Positions 19,073 through 28,690 of a stretch of 64,000 bases of DNA are shown here, one piece after another; the first letter of the stretch is position 1; each line of letters begins with the position of its first letter. The notes under the pieces were generated by a model that was not told where the DNA came from, made no database searches, and worked only from the letters and a program-made list of their open reading frames with translations. Origin of the DNA: Minisyncoccota bacterium (GTDB taxonomy: Bacteria; Patescibacteriota; Minisyncoccia; Phycocordibacterales; CAIZLB01); the NCBI GenBank assembly GCA_021734945.1, contig JAIPIA010000001.1:244415-308414 (forward strand). Direction: 5' to 3'. The position numbers and the translations under genes are program-made.

Positions 19073-21793
19073 TTACTGACAACCATCGCACACCATTGAT
19101 TCTCCAGGATCAACTCCAAAATCATTTGGATTAATCATATTAGGTTTACTTGTATTTCCCCCTGTACTTGTTCCGCCAAAACCTTGTGATGTTTGATCGA
19201 GTGGCTTACCAGCTGCTTGCATAGTTGCTTCGACGTCCACTGTGATAGTTGAATTCTCAGGATTAGCGTGAGCTGATGCTTGGATTGTTGCAATGTTACC
19301 GTTAGAACCCTGTGAGACAGCTTGTGATACACGTTCTGCAAGACTTTCTCCCGCTACAGCCATAACTGGTGCCATTCTCATAGCTGCAAAGCCTCGCTTA
19401 CCTGTCTCACTTTGTTTGTTTACGTTAACTGTACTTTGCTCTGCATTGTGTTGAGGCTTCATATGTAGATAATATGTAGACTTGAGACCTTTTTTCCATG
19501 CCGCAGCGTAGATATGCATAAGCTGATTGATATCTCGTGTTTCAAGATACATGTTTCGTGAAAGTGCCTGGTCAACCCATTTTTGTGCTCGCGCAGCAAC
19601 TTCGATAACAGCATATGGAGATACTGAGAATGAAGTCTTGTAAATTTTCTTTACACTGTCTGGAATTTCTTCAATAGATTCAATGTCTCCACGATTTTCA
19701 ATAATCTTTGTCTTTACTTTATCCCAAATACCAAGTGCTTCGAGGTCGTATACCAAGTTGTGGTTAATATCGAGGTATTTTCCTGAGAATTTATTTCTTG
19801 AAAAAGCCTGAGCAAATCGAACATCGATACCAGGAACAGTCCCTGCGAGTAGACCAATGTTTGCATTTGGAGCTACCGCCATAAGAGTCGCGTTTCTAAT
19901 TCCCTTCTTAACTTTCGCTCGAACTGTATCCCAGTTTAGGTCTGGATTAAATCTTTCCTTTGTAACAAGAAGCTGTTCTCCTCGAGACTTTTCGAGGATT
20001 GCGAGTGAATCATACGGTACAAATCCTTTTGACCACATAGAACCCTCAAAATGGTCATACGCACCTCGTTCTACTGCTAAGTTAGCACTTTCATCAATCG
20101 CCATATAACTAATGAATTCAAAGAGTTTATCTGCTAGGTTAAATGACTCTTCACTGTCATATGCAAAGCCATATTTTTCTATAAGATCTGAGAATCCCAT
20201 TACTCCAAGTCCAACAGCTCGGTTTTCCTTGTCTGACTTTGCAGCTTCAGGTACTGGTGGCTTGTTAATATCAATAAGGTTATCGAGATGTCGTACAGCA
20301 AGACGAGTTGTCTTTTCAAGTTCTTTCCAATCAATTTCTTTTACAATAGTTTGTTTACCTCCGAGATCAGAAACAGTTTTTTCTACTAAGTGAGCAACAA
20401 TATTGAGAGAAGCTAAGTTACATACAGCGATATTCTCCTTGTCCTGAGGAAGACAAATTTCAGTACAGAGATTAGACATGTGAATTGTACCAGTGTTGTT
20501 GTTGAGTGCTCGTACATTGATAGTATCCTTCCATGTAAGCCATGGATGTGATGTTGTCTGTAGAGATACCAACATTTGTCGGTAAAGTTCTTCCGCTGGC
20601 ATTTTTTTGAACATAACCATTTTCCCAGCTTCAGCCATCTCTATATACTCAGCATATCGTTTACTGAAAGCCTCACCATAAAGTTCATTAAGGTCTGGAG
20701 TCTCTTTTGGATCAAAAAGGTACCACATACCACTCTGGGAAACTCTTTTCATGAACTCATCTGGAATGTAAGCAGCTGTATTAGCTGTTCGCATTCTCAT
20801 ATAGTCATCTCCGGCGTTGTGACGCCAGTTTATGAATTCTGGAAAATCAAAGTGCCAGTTTTCCATATAGAAACAAAGTGCACCCTTTTTCTTTCCTCCT
20901 CGTACGATAGCTTGAATAGCAGTGTCCATAATCTTTGCGAACGGAGTTGGACCTGAAGAAGTTGTGTTTGAAGACTTAAGAATAGATCCTGTTGCTCGAA
21001 GTTTTGTAATAGACACACCGAGACCTCCAGTTCCTTTTGAAATAAGCATAACGTCAGACACTGACTTAGCAATATGTTGCATGTCATCATGAACCTCAAG
21101 GAGGTAACAGTTTGAAAGAGCTGGCCACGGAGTACCTGCTGTAAGGTTTGTCGAACCGCCAGCAATATACTTGTGCTGAGACATTTGTTCGTAGAACGCA
21201 ATAGCCTGAGCTGTAGGATCTTTTTCGTGATATGACATTCCCATAGCTACTCGCATGAAAAAATACTGAGGAGTTTCAAGAGGTTTTAGATTTTTATCTT
21301 TAATAGAATATCGATGCAAGAATGTTGAAAGTCCAGCGTACGCAAAAATCTCATCTCGAGTAATATCGAGTGCCTCAGCTATCTTTTTGAGGTCAAAACA
21401 TTTTTCCATATCCGCATGGAGAAGTTCTTGTTCAATAGCACTTTTAATGTGTGGAGCAAAAGCTTCTTTGTGCTTTTTTACGAGATCATCAAAATCATCT
21501 TTATCGTATTCTGGTACTACTCGTCGATACACTGTCTTCAAGAGAAGTCGTGTTGCAATCTTGTCATAACGAATGTCGTCTGAGACATTTTGGAGAGCTG
21601 CGTTTATAGTAGCCTGATCGAGTTCATCACTCGTAATTCCTTCATATAACGTCAACTGGGTTTCACTGGCTATTTGCGTTACATAGCTCGCGATGTTTGG
21701 TAAACCCTCACAGGCTCGTTCAATAGATTTATTGATGTAGTCTGCATTGAATGGAACTTTTGATCCATCCTGTTTAGTTACTGATATGTTCAT
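19073..21793 (-). CDS. nrdA: Ribonucleotide reductase class I large subunit with ATP cone
   Basis: N-terminal VTK.DG ATP cone, LSNCYL, SNLCTEI, APNA, KSTYY, C-terminal CDGCQ. Confidence 0.96.
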   Translation of the reverse strand: MNISVTKQDGSKVPFNADYINKSIERACEGLPNIASYVTQIASETQLTLYEGITSDELDQATINAALQNVSDDIRYDKIATRLLLKTVYRRVVPEYDKDDFDDLVKKHKEAFAPHIKSAIEQELLHADMEKCFDLKKIAEALDITRDEIFAYAGLSTFLHRYSIKDKNLKPLETPQYFFMRVAMGMSYHEKDPTAQAIAFYEQMSQHKYIAGGSTNLTAGTPWPALSNCYLLEVHDDMQHIAKSVSDVMLISKGTGGLGVSITKLRATGSILKSSNTTSSGPTPFAKIMDTAIQAIVRGGKKKGALCFYMENWHFDFPEFINWRHNAGDDYMRMRTANTAAYIPDEFMKRVSQSGMWYLFDPKETPDLNELYGEAFSKRYAEYIEMAEAGKMVMFKKMPAEELYRQMLVSLQTTSHPWLTWKDTINVRALNNNTGTIHMSNLCTEICLPQDKENIAVCNLASLNIVAHLVEKTVSDLGGKQTIVKEIDWKELEKTTRLAVRHLDNLIDINKPPVPEAAKSDKENRAVGLGVMGFSDLIEKYGFAYDSEESFNLADKLFEFISYMAIDESANLAVERGAYDHFEGSMWSKGFVPYDSLAILEKSRGEQLLVTKERFNPDLNWDTVRAKVKKGIRNATLMAVAPNANIGLLAGTVPGIDVRFAQAFSRNKFSGKYLDINHNLVYDLEALGIWDKVKTKIIENRGDIESIEEIPDSVKKIYKTSFSVSPYAVIEVAARAQKWVDQALSRNMYLETRDINQLMHIYAAAWKKGLKSTYYLHMKPQHNAEQSTVNVNKQSETGKRGFAAMRMAPVMAVAGESLAERVSQAVSQGSNGNIATIQASAHANPENSTITVDVEATMQAAGKPLDQTSQGFGGTSTGGNTSKPNMINPNDFGVDPGESMVCDGCQ

Positions 21794-21831
21794 ACGGTGT
21801 ACTCTGTTATTTTGTACTAATAATTCAATTG

Positions 21832-21879
21832 GCGTGAATAAAATTTTACACCTAAATAACTCCTCTGTGATGTGGATAA
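21832..21879 (-). promoter_or_regulatory. DnaA boxes upstream of nrdA
   Basis: Perfect TTATCCACA (21879-21871) and one-mismatch TTATTCACG (21840-21832). Confidence 0.55.
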
Positions 21880-22107
21880 GTCATAAAATTTTGATAAATT
21901 ATGCGCTCGGACACGTCTTTCTTTTTGACGCAATACGTTCTAAGAAATGAAGCATATTTTGAGGTTTTTTTTAATAAAATTTTATATTTGAAGCCGTTTC
22001 ATTAATTCAAAAAAATAGCAAGAAAATTTGAGAGAAAACAAAAAAATAATTTAAAAAATTCTAAAAGATTATTTATAAAACGAATTTGAAACAATTAATT
22101 TATAAGC

Positions 22108-22287
22108 AAAACAACCCAATCAATAGTGGGTTGTTTTAGCTTAACCAGTTTACCTTTTTCGAGCGATAAAGTGGGTACATTCGCTTACTGTTATCGGAAC
22201 TCAATTAAGAACTCCTCAAAGAATAATGCTTGGATGTTCCCTGTAAACAATCGTTATAAGGTAACTCAATGGTTACACATATAGAGC
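22108..22287 (-). ncRNA. Candidate rod-shaped small RNA (6S-like shape) with terminator
   Basis: TATAAT at 22299-22294; 5' TAACCA..TTACCTT pairs with 3' AAGGTAA..TGGTTA; inner stems; terminator at 22108-22137. Confidence 0.4.
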
Positions 22288-22333
22288 CGATGTATTATAG
22301 TTTTTCTTACCATTTTTTTAAAAAATCTTGCAA

Positions 22334-22933
22334 CTACTCTAAAACATCCACAACGCTATCAACAATTACATCAATATCAATTGATTTTCTTTCATCCTCA
22401 CAAGCGGTTTTTTGTGGATCGTCATAGTTAAGACACTGTACAGCCCGTAGAGTAAATTCGAGGACATCCGTCGTCTTAGCTCCGCCACCATTTGAAGATG
22501 CGAATTTATATATATAAGTTGTATATGTACTTCCCGCAGCCCCTTCACTTTCTTGAGTAATACAATATGTTCTAGTGCCAATTGTTCGCATTGTAGTCTG
22601 CCCGCCTTGAGATATAGGGAGTCCTGTTTGATCTGAGACTGCAGATTCAGTACATGAAAAAGCCTGATCTAAAGTGCTAAATTTTGGTGGCCATTCTACT
22701 GGATGAATATATTGCTCAATCCATTTATAATCGACGAGTTTTGTAGTTGTTGAATTTTGCGCTGTTGAAGTAGATGATGAAGGAGTCGAAGAAGCTGTTT
22801 GTGAGTCTGTATTGATATCTTTATTTGGCGAAGATATTGAATATATAAAACTTGCTAAGACTACTAAAACCACAGCAACGAGAAGTCCTAAAATACTTTT
22901 ATTAAAGTTATTGGTAGAGATTGAATTATTCAT
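22334..22933 (-). CDS. Exported/membrane-anchored Cys-containing hypothetical protein
   Basis: N-terminal TM, S/T linker, YC....EGAAGS.Y..Y and QC.NYD motifs. Confidence 0.7.
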   Translation of the reverse strand: MNNSISTNNFNKSILGLLVAVVLVVLASFIYSISSPNKDINTDSQTASSTPSSSTSTAQNSTTTKLVDYKWIEQYIHPVEWPPKFSTLDQAFSCTESAVSDQTGLPISQGGQTTMRTIGTRTYCITQESEGAAGSTYTTYIYKFASSNGGGAKTTDVLEFTLRAVQCLNYDDPQKTACEDERKSIDIDVIVDSVVDVLE

Positions 22934-23066
22934 ATGGCTACATTGTATTCCTTATATTTGCAAAAAGATATAAAACAAAAATCCGCCTACCTTACAGCAA
23001 GTGGATTCTTGCTGGGGTGAGCGGGTGTAGGGTATTTAGGATTCAGAAGAAGAGATCTTAGTAATC

Positions 23067-23705
23067 TTATATTGTAATTTTTGGGACGTAAGAGTCTACA
23101 AGAGTCCAACCACCTTGAACGAGTACTGACTTGTTTTCATCCTTCGCAATTCTAATTACAGACTTCTCGATTACAGTTGGACCTCTATAAATGTCATTTC
23201 CAAGAATCGTGCTTTCTTCCCAAACATTTGCTTCGCGATTAGAACCTCTGGTGGATTTTGTCTCGAATTTAACTCGGTCCGATTCTTGTGGTTCAACCTC
23301 GCTCACCTTCCTCTTACCCTCCTTCTTCAGCTTCTTGTAGTTTTTACGCTTCAAGCAGACGGTTTGATAGCCTTCAGCTGGATACTGGGGGTTTATTCCC
23401 AAAACACCTTCTGATTCTTTGACCAGGCGCTCTAACACATCGTCAGGCAAGTAATTGTAGAGTTTGTCTGTGCATTTTACATCTCCGTCGAATACAACTT
23501 CGTTATATGAGTCACCAACACAAAGTTTCCCTTTTACGGTCTTGAATCCCTCTTTATAGAGCCATTTCAAGATCTGAGTGATTGCTTCACGTCTGTCAGT
23601 TGCTTCGACTTCAATTTTTTTCAAAAATTTGCCAGCCTCATCTGAGACAATACCCACATAGGAGTAAGTTGGTTCATCACTAACTTTTGGCTTTTTCTTG
23701 TTCAT
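23067..23705 (-). CDS. Orphan hypothetical protein (212 aa)
   Basis: Own promoter TTGACG-17-TACTAT and GAAAGG SD; hairpin downstream. Confidence 0.65.
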   Translation of the reverse strand: MNKKKPKVSDEPTYSYVGIVSDEAGKFLKKIEVEATDRREAITQILKWLYKEGFKTVKGKLCVGDSYNEVVFDGDVKCTDKLYNYLPDDVLERLVKESEGVLGINPQYPAEGYQTVCLKRKNYKKLKKEGKRKVSEVEPQESDRVKFETKSTRGSNREANVWEESTILGNDIYRGPTVIEKSVIRIAKDENKSVLVQGGWTLVDSYVPKITI

Positions 23706-23842
23706 TCAGATACCTTTCTTTTGATTTTTAATTTTCAAGTTTCTTAAATATTTGAAAAATAGTACAAATAAAATTTGGATGCGTCAATACCTGTAGTTTA
23801 AGTTACTTGGTGCGTCCAAGCTATTGAACCATTACGCTAATA

Positions 23843-23938
23843 ATGGGTGCACATGAACACGCTGGGGTCTGGCGCAAAAGCCTGTTTGATGATGCACAAG
23901 ATCAGCTGGAAAAAGAAGCACTCGAAGCAAAAAAGTAG
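23843..23938 (+). CDS. Possible small protein (31 aa)
   Basis: MGAHEHAGVWRKSLFDDAQDQLEKEALEAKK, followed by hairpins and a strong terminator. Confidence 0.35.
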   Translation: MGAHEHAGVWRKSLFDDAQDQLEKEALEAKK

Positions 23939-24007
23939 AGAGCAACCCAACTAACTGAAACCTAGTCCGCAATGTTGCAGGACCTTCTTGTAACAGAAGA
24001 CTGATAC

Positions 24008-24040
24008 ACCCTCTCCGGAAATGTTCCGGAGAGGGTTTTA
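24008..24040 (+). terminator. Intrinsic terminator
   Basis: Perfect 13-bp stem ACCCTCTCCGGAA/TTCCGGAGAGGGT followed by a T tract. Confidence 0.8.
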
Positions 24041-24211
24041 TGATTTAAATAATCAAACCTCTTTGAATTTTAGAGACAGAAAACCCGCCATCTCGCGACA
24101 GCTAAGGTTAACTGTGTTGAGTCATGGCGAGTAAAATCACAATGTAGACGTGATGATTATAATAATATGTTGAATGAAGCAGCTATTTACACTGCTACTA
24201 ATATGGGCCAA

Positions 24212-24775
24212 CTATGCGGCTTTTCTCCTTTTCGCAGAAGTCTTTGACATGGCTTTTGATGTTACCCTAGTCGCCGTCTTTAGCATTTTTTTCGACAGTG
24301 TGCTTTTAACAGCAACATGAGCATGAGACTTCGGGCTCTCGCTCTTGGGCATTGATTCAACGACTTTTTGAATCACCAAAGGCAAAGTCCTAAGACTTAG
24401 GTCTTCTAGTACAGGATTAGCATTTACATTGAAGCCTCCCTTATTTTTCCATAGGAAATGCACTCCTAATTGTTCATCCGTACTTGAAATGCCAAGAACT
24501 ATTTTTCCAGCACAACCAGGAAGCAACTTCTCACCGAAGTACTTCACTTCTTCGCCAGTAGGTGTTCGCGCATCATGAAGACGCTGATCAAGTAGAACAA
24601 GTTCCACATCAGACTCTAAAATCATAACCTTTGCTTTGTCTACGTCTTTTGGAAACTCCAGAAATGTATTTTTTGATTTGAGACCAAAGATCTCAACGAT
24701 GTGACCTAAGTCACGCAGCACTTCAGCGATACGTAAAGCTATTGGCTTCACGTCTTCAACGATAAGAATTTTCAT
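24212..24775 (-). CDS. Stand-alone response-regulator receiver domain with basic C-terminal tail
   Basis: MKILIVED, LVLLD (phospho-acceptor Asp), GISS, conserved Lys region; Lys/Ser/Ala-rich tail. Confidence 0.75.
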   Translation of the reverse strand: MKILIVEDVKPIALRIAEVLRDLGHIVEIFGLKSKNTFLEFPKDVDKAKVMILESDVELVLLDQRLHDARTPTGEEVKYFGEKLLPGCAGKIVLGISSTDEQLGVHFLWKNKGGFNVNANPVLEDLSLRTLPLVIQKVVESMPKSESPKSHAHVAVKSTLSKKMLKTATRVTSKAMSKTSAKRRKAA

Positions 24776-24952
24776 CAGTATTTGTGATCTTTTATGGTTT
24801 ATGACAAAGTACTAACACCTAACTATTTCGTATTTAAATTATATCAACAGAAGATTAAAGTGCAATTTATGTGGAAGAGTTTTTAAAAAAAGAAAAGGCC
24901 CCGCGAGATTTGAAGTCGTATGAGGACTTTTCTCGCGAGGCTCAAAGCGTCA

Positions 24953-25864
24953 CTATTTTTTACCAGCAATCCATTCGTCATACAGTGACGCCAGCTCTGC
25001 AAGACCACAAAGCAGCATCAACTGCTGGGTTGCACCATCGAGGTTATGACAAGATATCTCCCCTCCTGATGTATAACCAATGATTCTGCTCCATTCAATA
25101 CTAAGGTGACAGGCATTTCCAGGACAATCGAAATGTGTCTGGCCTACCCTTGTATAGCAAGCAAAACGATCAGTCCGATCCTTGCTTCTTAGACGAGATT
25201 GGACGCTTCTCATCACTGTGACAACCGACGGAAAACGGAATTCCTTATTCTGAGAAGTAATGAAACTTTCCATGAATCTAATAAACTCCGGACTTGTATA
25301 TCCACCAACCGCATGCCCATCTCTCCCCACATTGGTAAGCGAGGTGATTGTGAACAATTGTTTTGAAGCAGTTGGAATGTTGCTGTCACCGAACGAAAAC
25401 CGCAGAGCCTTGAAGAGTAAACTTAGTGAAAAGCAAGTCTCATCAATTGCAATGTAATCAAGAAAACTATCGGTCTTTCTTCCATTGCAAGCATAGCAAA
25501 CCCCTTTAAAAAGGTGTTCCGGCTGTCTCTTGCCAGTTCCCTCACAGGTTTTACATACGAATCTGCTCTCATGGTGGACACACGGGACCTTAACACGATA
25601 TGTCATCCACTCACCATCCTGCTCGACGAGCGTGATGGAATCATTGATTCCGAAATACGACTGACCAAGCCGCGATTCGCACTTGTCAAAAAGTGGCAAG
25701 TAACTTGGTGTGGTAATAAAATCCCTGAAGTAGGGCTCAAAATTCTTGATCTCGCAATTCTCCAGAAAAAACCGGTGAATACGAATGAAGAGCCCTTGTT
25801 TCTCCTTATTCCAGAAAAGATGATACCAGCGTGGTACATCCTCCTGTATTAACAGCTTTTTCAT
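24953..25864 (-). CDS. Orphan protein with DnaJ-type CxxCxGxG zinc-finger motifs
   Basis: CKTCEGTG...CYACNG; AGGAGGT SD before ATG 25864; promoter TAGACA-17-TATCCT. Confidence 0.65.
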   Translation of the reverse strand: MKKLLIQEDVPRWYHLFWNKEKQGLFIRIHRFFLENCEIKNFEPYFRDFITTPSYLPLFDKCESRLGQSYFGINDSITLVEQDGEWMTYRVKVPCVHHESRFVCKTCEGTGKRQPEHLFKGVCYACNGRKTDSFLDYIAIDETCFSLSLLFKALRFSFGDSNIPTASKQLFTITSLTNVGRDGHAVGGYTSPEFIRFMESFITSQNKEFRFPSVVTVMRSVQSRLRSKDRTDRFACYTRVGQTHFDCPGNACHLSIEWSRIIGYTSGGEISCHNLDGATQQLMLLCGLAELASLYDEWIAGKK

Positions 25865-25989
25865 TGTGAACGTACCTCCTTGGTTAGGTGTTTTCAGTGG
25901 TGTGATTACCAAAGAATTCTGAGCGTTAGGATACGCTTATTTGGAAGGGATGTCTATAACAGATTTAAGATATTTTTTGAAATAAAACT

Positions 25990-28689
25990 TTAACTGATTA
26001 ATTTAACATATTCTTTTACAAATTCATCATTATTGCTTTTATTGAAGAGAGGAAGCCCAATTAAGTCATAATTTTTACCTTCAATTTTAAGTATTTTTTT
26101 GTCTGAATATTTTTTAGTAATTTCTTTCAAAAACGCATTTTTCCATTCATCTTTTTCCAATAAATTATCACCCTTAGGTTCAATGAAGATTTGATAATAT
26201 AAATCAGATTTATCTTTTAGGAAAAGAATGAAATCTGGTTGAAAACCTCTTCCTTTCTCAAAATCATATATTTTATATTGTTCCTCATTTCTCAATAAAT
26301 AGACTTCTTTATATGTACTTTTAAGGTTGATAATTGTCTCTTTCATGAATTCAATTAACCCCTTTTCTTCGCTTGTTCCATAAAATTGATCTACAACATA
26401 CCAGTCTTCATACTTTAATTCATCTTCAAGCCTTTGACTATACTCATCTTTTTTCACATTTTTTCGCACTTCTTCACCAAAAAATTCAGTCAAATTATAT
26501 GCATCAAACTCAGTACCTTTATATGGATTTATATGTTGTTTAAGTTCCGTAAATATTATATCTAAAGCTTTGAGAAGTACACTCAACTTTTCCTTATTAG
26601 TGATTTCATCAAAACTAGATTTTGTTGTTACAAGTTTAATTTTTAAGTCCCCAATTAGTTTTACTCTAAAATCTTCCACTGATTCTATATTTTCAACTTC
26701 TTGCTGTAAAAATTCAAACCGTAAAAGAGAGGACTGCTTTTTAGATTTTATATTTACTGCCTTATCAAAAATATGCTTTTCGAAATCTTTAATTGATTTG
26801 GTTATAGTCCTCTTATTTACATCATTAATATTCAATCTTTCGGTATCAGAATCTTGTTTATCAAAATCAATTTGCTCTTCTGTAATTCCAAGACTTTCTA
26901 AATCAAATTTTAGATCTAGAGTTTCTTTTAGGTAATCTAAGGTCTTTTGTTTTCTTTCTGGGTTTTCAATCTTTTCATTTTTCCAAATCTTTACATCCTT
27001 AAAAAAATCAGTGCTTGTAAAACTAGATTTCATTTTAAACTTCTTTTCTATCCTATTATCCTGAATGAACCCTTTTTCTTTTAACTGACTCTTCAGATCT
27101 GAAATATATCTATGGTCTGAATCACTATGATAGTACAACTCTTCAAGCACTCTCATTTCACAACCGATATTTTCATCAAACTTTCGTTTATTTTTTATCT
27201 TATCTTTGTATGAAAAAGGATAATATCTAACACCTCGTCCAATTAATTGAATTTCAGAGATTGCTGTACCCGTAAAAACTCTTTCGCCATTTCTACCTTC
27301 TGAGTCAATTCTACCGTCATACAAGCGCACAATATCAAAAAGATTTAAAACATCCCAACCTTCAGTTAATCTATTTACAGTAAAGATTGCTCGTATATGA
27401 TTATCTTTGTCTTCAAGATTGTTTAGAAGCTTATCAGTGTCTTCGTCAATATTTTCTTTTGTTTTAGCTTTGTTACTTTTAGAGTTTGTAATAACACAGT
27501 TCCTTTCTGTAAAATTATCTCTAATAAAATTTATTATTTCAGATTTACTAATTCCCTCGTTTTTTATAAATTTAATTAAATCTAAAACTCTCGACTTACC
27601 TTGTTCATACGCGTCTTCACCTTGGGTAAATTTTTCTTCAATGTTTTTTAGGAAGTCAAAATCAGATACCTTTAGGTTCTTTACCATTATTAAAAACTCT
27701 TCAAAGTCAGTTTTTGATTCTTCAATGGTTTTGCTTCTAAAAAGTATTACTGGCTTCCAGTTTGATAGGTTATTCTTAAGAGCAATTTTATGTCTGTACC
27801 AGTTAAAGACTAAAGCCTGCAGTACTCTTTCTTTTTTTTCTAAAGTAGAAGAAAGGATGTTTATTTCCTTAGTATACCCAGCAGATAAAAACTCTTTTAA
27901 TCCAAACTTATATATAGTTTTATCAGTATATTTATCAATTACTTTTTGAATTTCGGGGATAGTGGCAGTAAACTCTAGAAGTATGTTTTTATTATCTTCT
28001 TTCTTTCCATTTTTGTTTAACAATAATTCAATAACGGTATGCTCCCAACCTTTCTTTTCAATTTCTACTTCACTTGTCTTGTCATTAAGTTCTGTGTGTA
28101 AATCTAATTCTCCTTGAAGTTTCTTTGTATCAGTATTTAAATGATGAGCTTCATCAGCCAGCATTACGATATCTTTCTTAATTAAATCATCCAGTAGCAC
28201 CTGATTCTCTTTTTGAATATGAATATCGTTGTAAAGCTGTTGTATAGTAGTCAATTTTATTTCAATACTTTCATTGCTTTTTGAGAAAGTTTCAACTTTT
28301 TTAATATTGATGGTTTCATCTTCCATCACAATCTTATCTGCAAAAAGATATTTATTGTGATTACTATCAATAAAATTATTTTCGGTTTTATAGATAATAT
28401 TCTTTTGATTTACAAAAAAGATAAACTTTCTATATCCCTTTTTGTAATAATGCAAAATACAACTAGCCATTACTAGTGTCTTACCTGTACCTGTTGCCAT
28501 ATTAAACATCAAGTGAGTAGGTTCATTTTTACCTTCTGTCCTTTTTTCATTAAGTAGTAGATACTGAAAAGCTTCTTTTTGCCAGTCAAAAAACGGGTAC
28601 TTTAAATTACTTAAAATATAATCAGGTATTTCAGGTTTTGGAGTACCAAAGTCTACGGCATTTTTTATTTGTTCGTGTAATTCTGCCAT
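25990..28689 (-). CDS. res: Type III restriction-modification Res subunit (helicase + PD-(D/E)xK nuclease)
   Basis: MATGTGKT, DEAHH, FTAT, EGWDV, QLIGRGVR, QPDF...IEPKG; low GC. Confidence 0.92.
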   Translation of the reverse strand: MAELHEQIKNAVDFGTPKPEIPDYILSNLKYPFFDWQKEAFQYLLLNEKRTEGKNEPTHLMFNMATGTGKTLVMASCILHYYKKGYRKFIFFVNQKNIIYKTENNFIDSNHNKYLFADKIVMEDETINIKKVETFSKSNESIEIKLTTIQQLYNDIHIQKENQVLLDDLIKKDIVMLADEAHHLNTDTKKLQGELDLHTELNDKTSEVEIEKKGWEHTVIELLLNKNGKKEDNKNILLEFTATIPEIQKVIDKYTDKTIYKFGLKEFLSAGYTKEINILSSTLEKKERVLQALVFNWYRHKIALKNNLSNWKPVILFRSKTIEESKTDFEEFLIMVKNLKVSDFDFLKNIEEKFTQGEDAYEQGKSRVLDLIKFIKNEGISKSEIINFIRDNFTERNCVITNSKSNKAKTKENIDEDTDKLLNNLEDKDNHIRAIFTVNRLTEGWDVLNLFDIVRLYDGRIDSEGRNGERVFTGTAISEIQLIGRGVRYYPFSYKDKIKNKRKFDENIGCEMRVLEELYYHSDSDHRYISDLKSQLKEKGFIQDNRIEKKFKMKSSFTSTDFFKDVKIWKNEKIENPERKQKTLDYLKETLDLKFDLESLGITEEQIDFDKQDSDTERLNINDVNKRTITKSIKDFEKHIFDKAVNIKSKKQSSLLRFEFLQQEVENIESVEDFRVKLIGDLKIKLVTTKSSFDEITNKEKLSVLLKALDIIFTELKQHINPYKGTEFDAYNLTEFFGEEVRKNVKKDEYSQRLEDELKYEDWYVVDQFYGTSEEKGLIEFMKETIINLKSTYKEVYLLRNEEQYKIYDFEKGRGFQPDFILFLKDKSDLYYQIFIEPKGDNLLEKDEWKNAFLKEITKKYSDKKILKIEGKNYDLIGLPLFNKSNNDEFVKEYVKLIS

Positions 28690-28690
28690 G

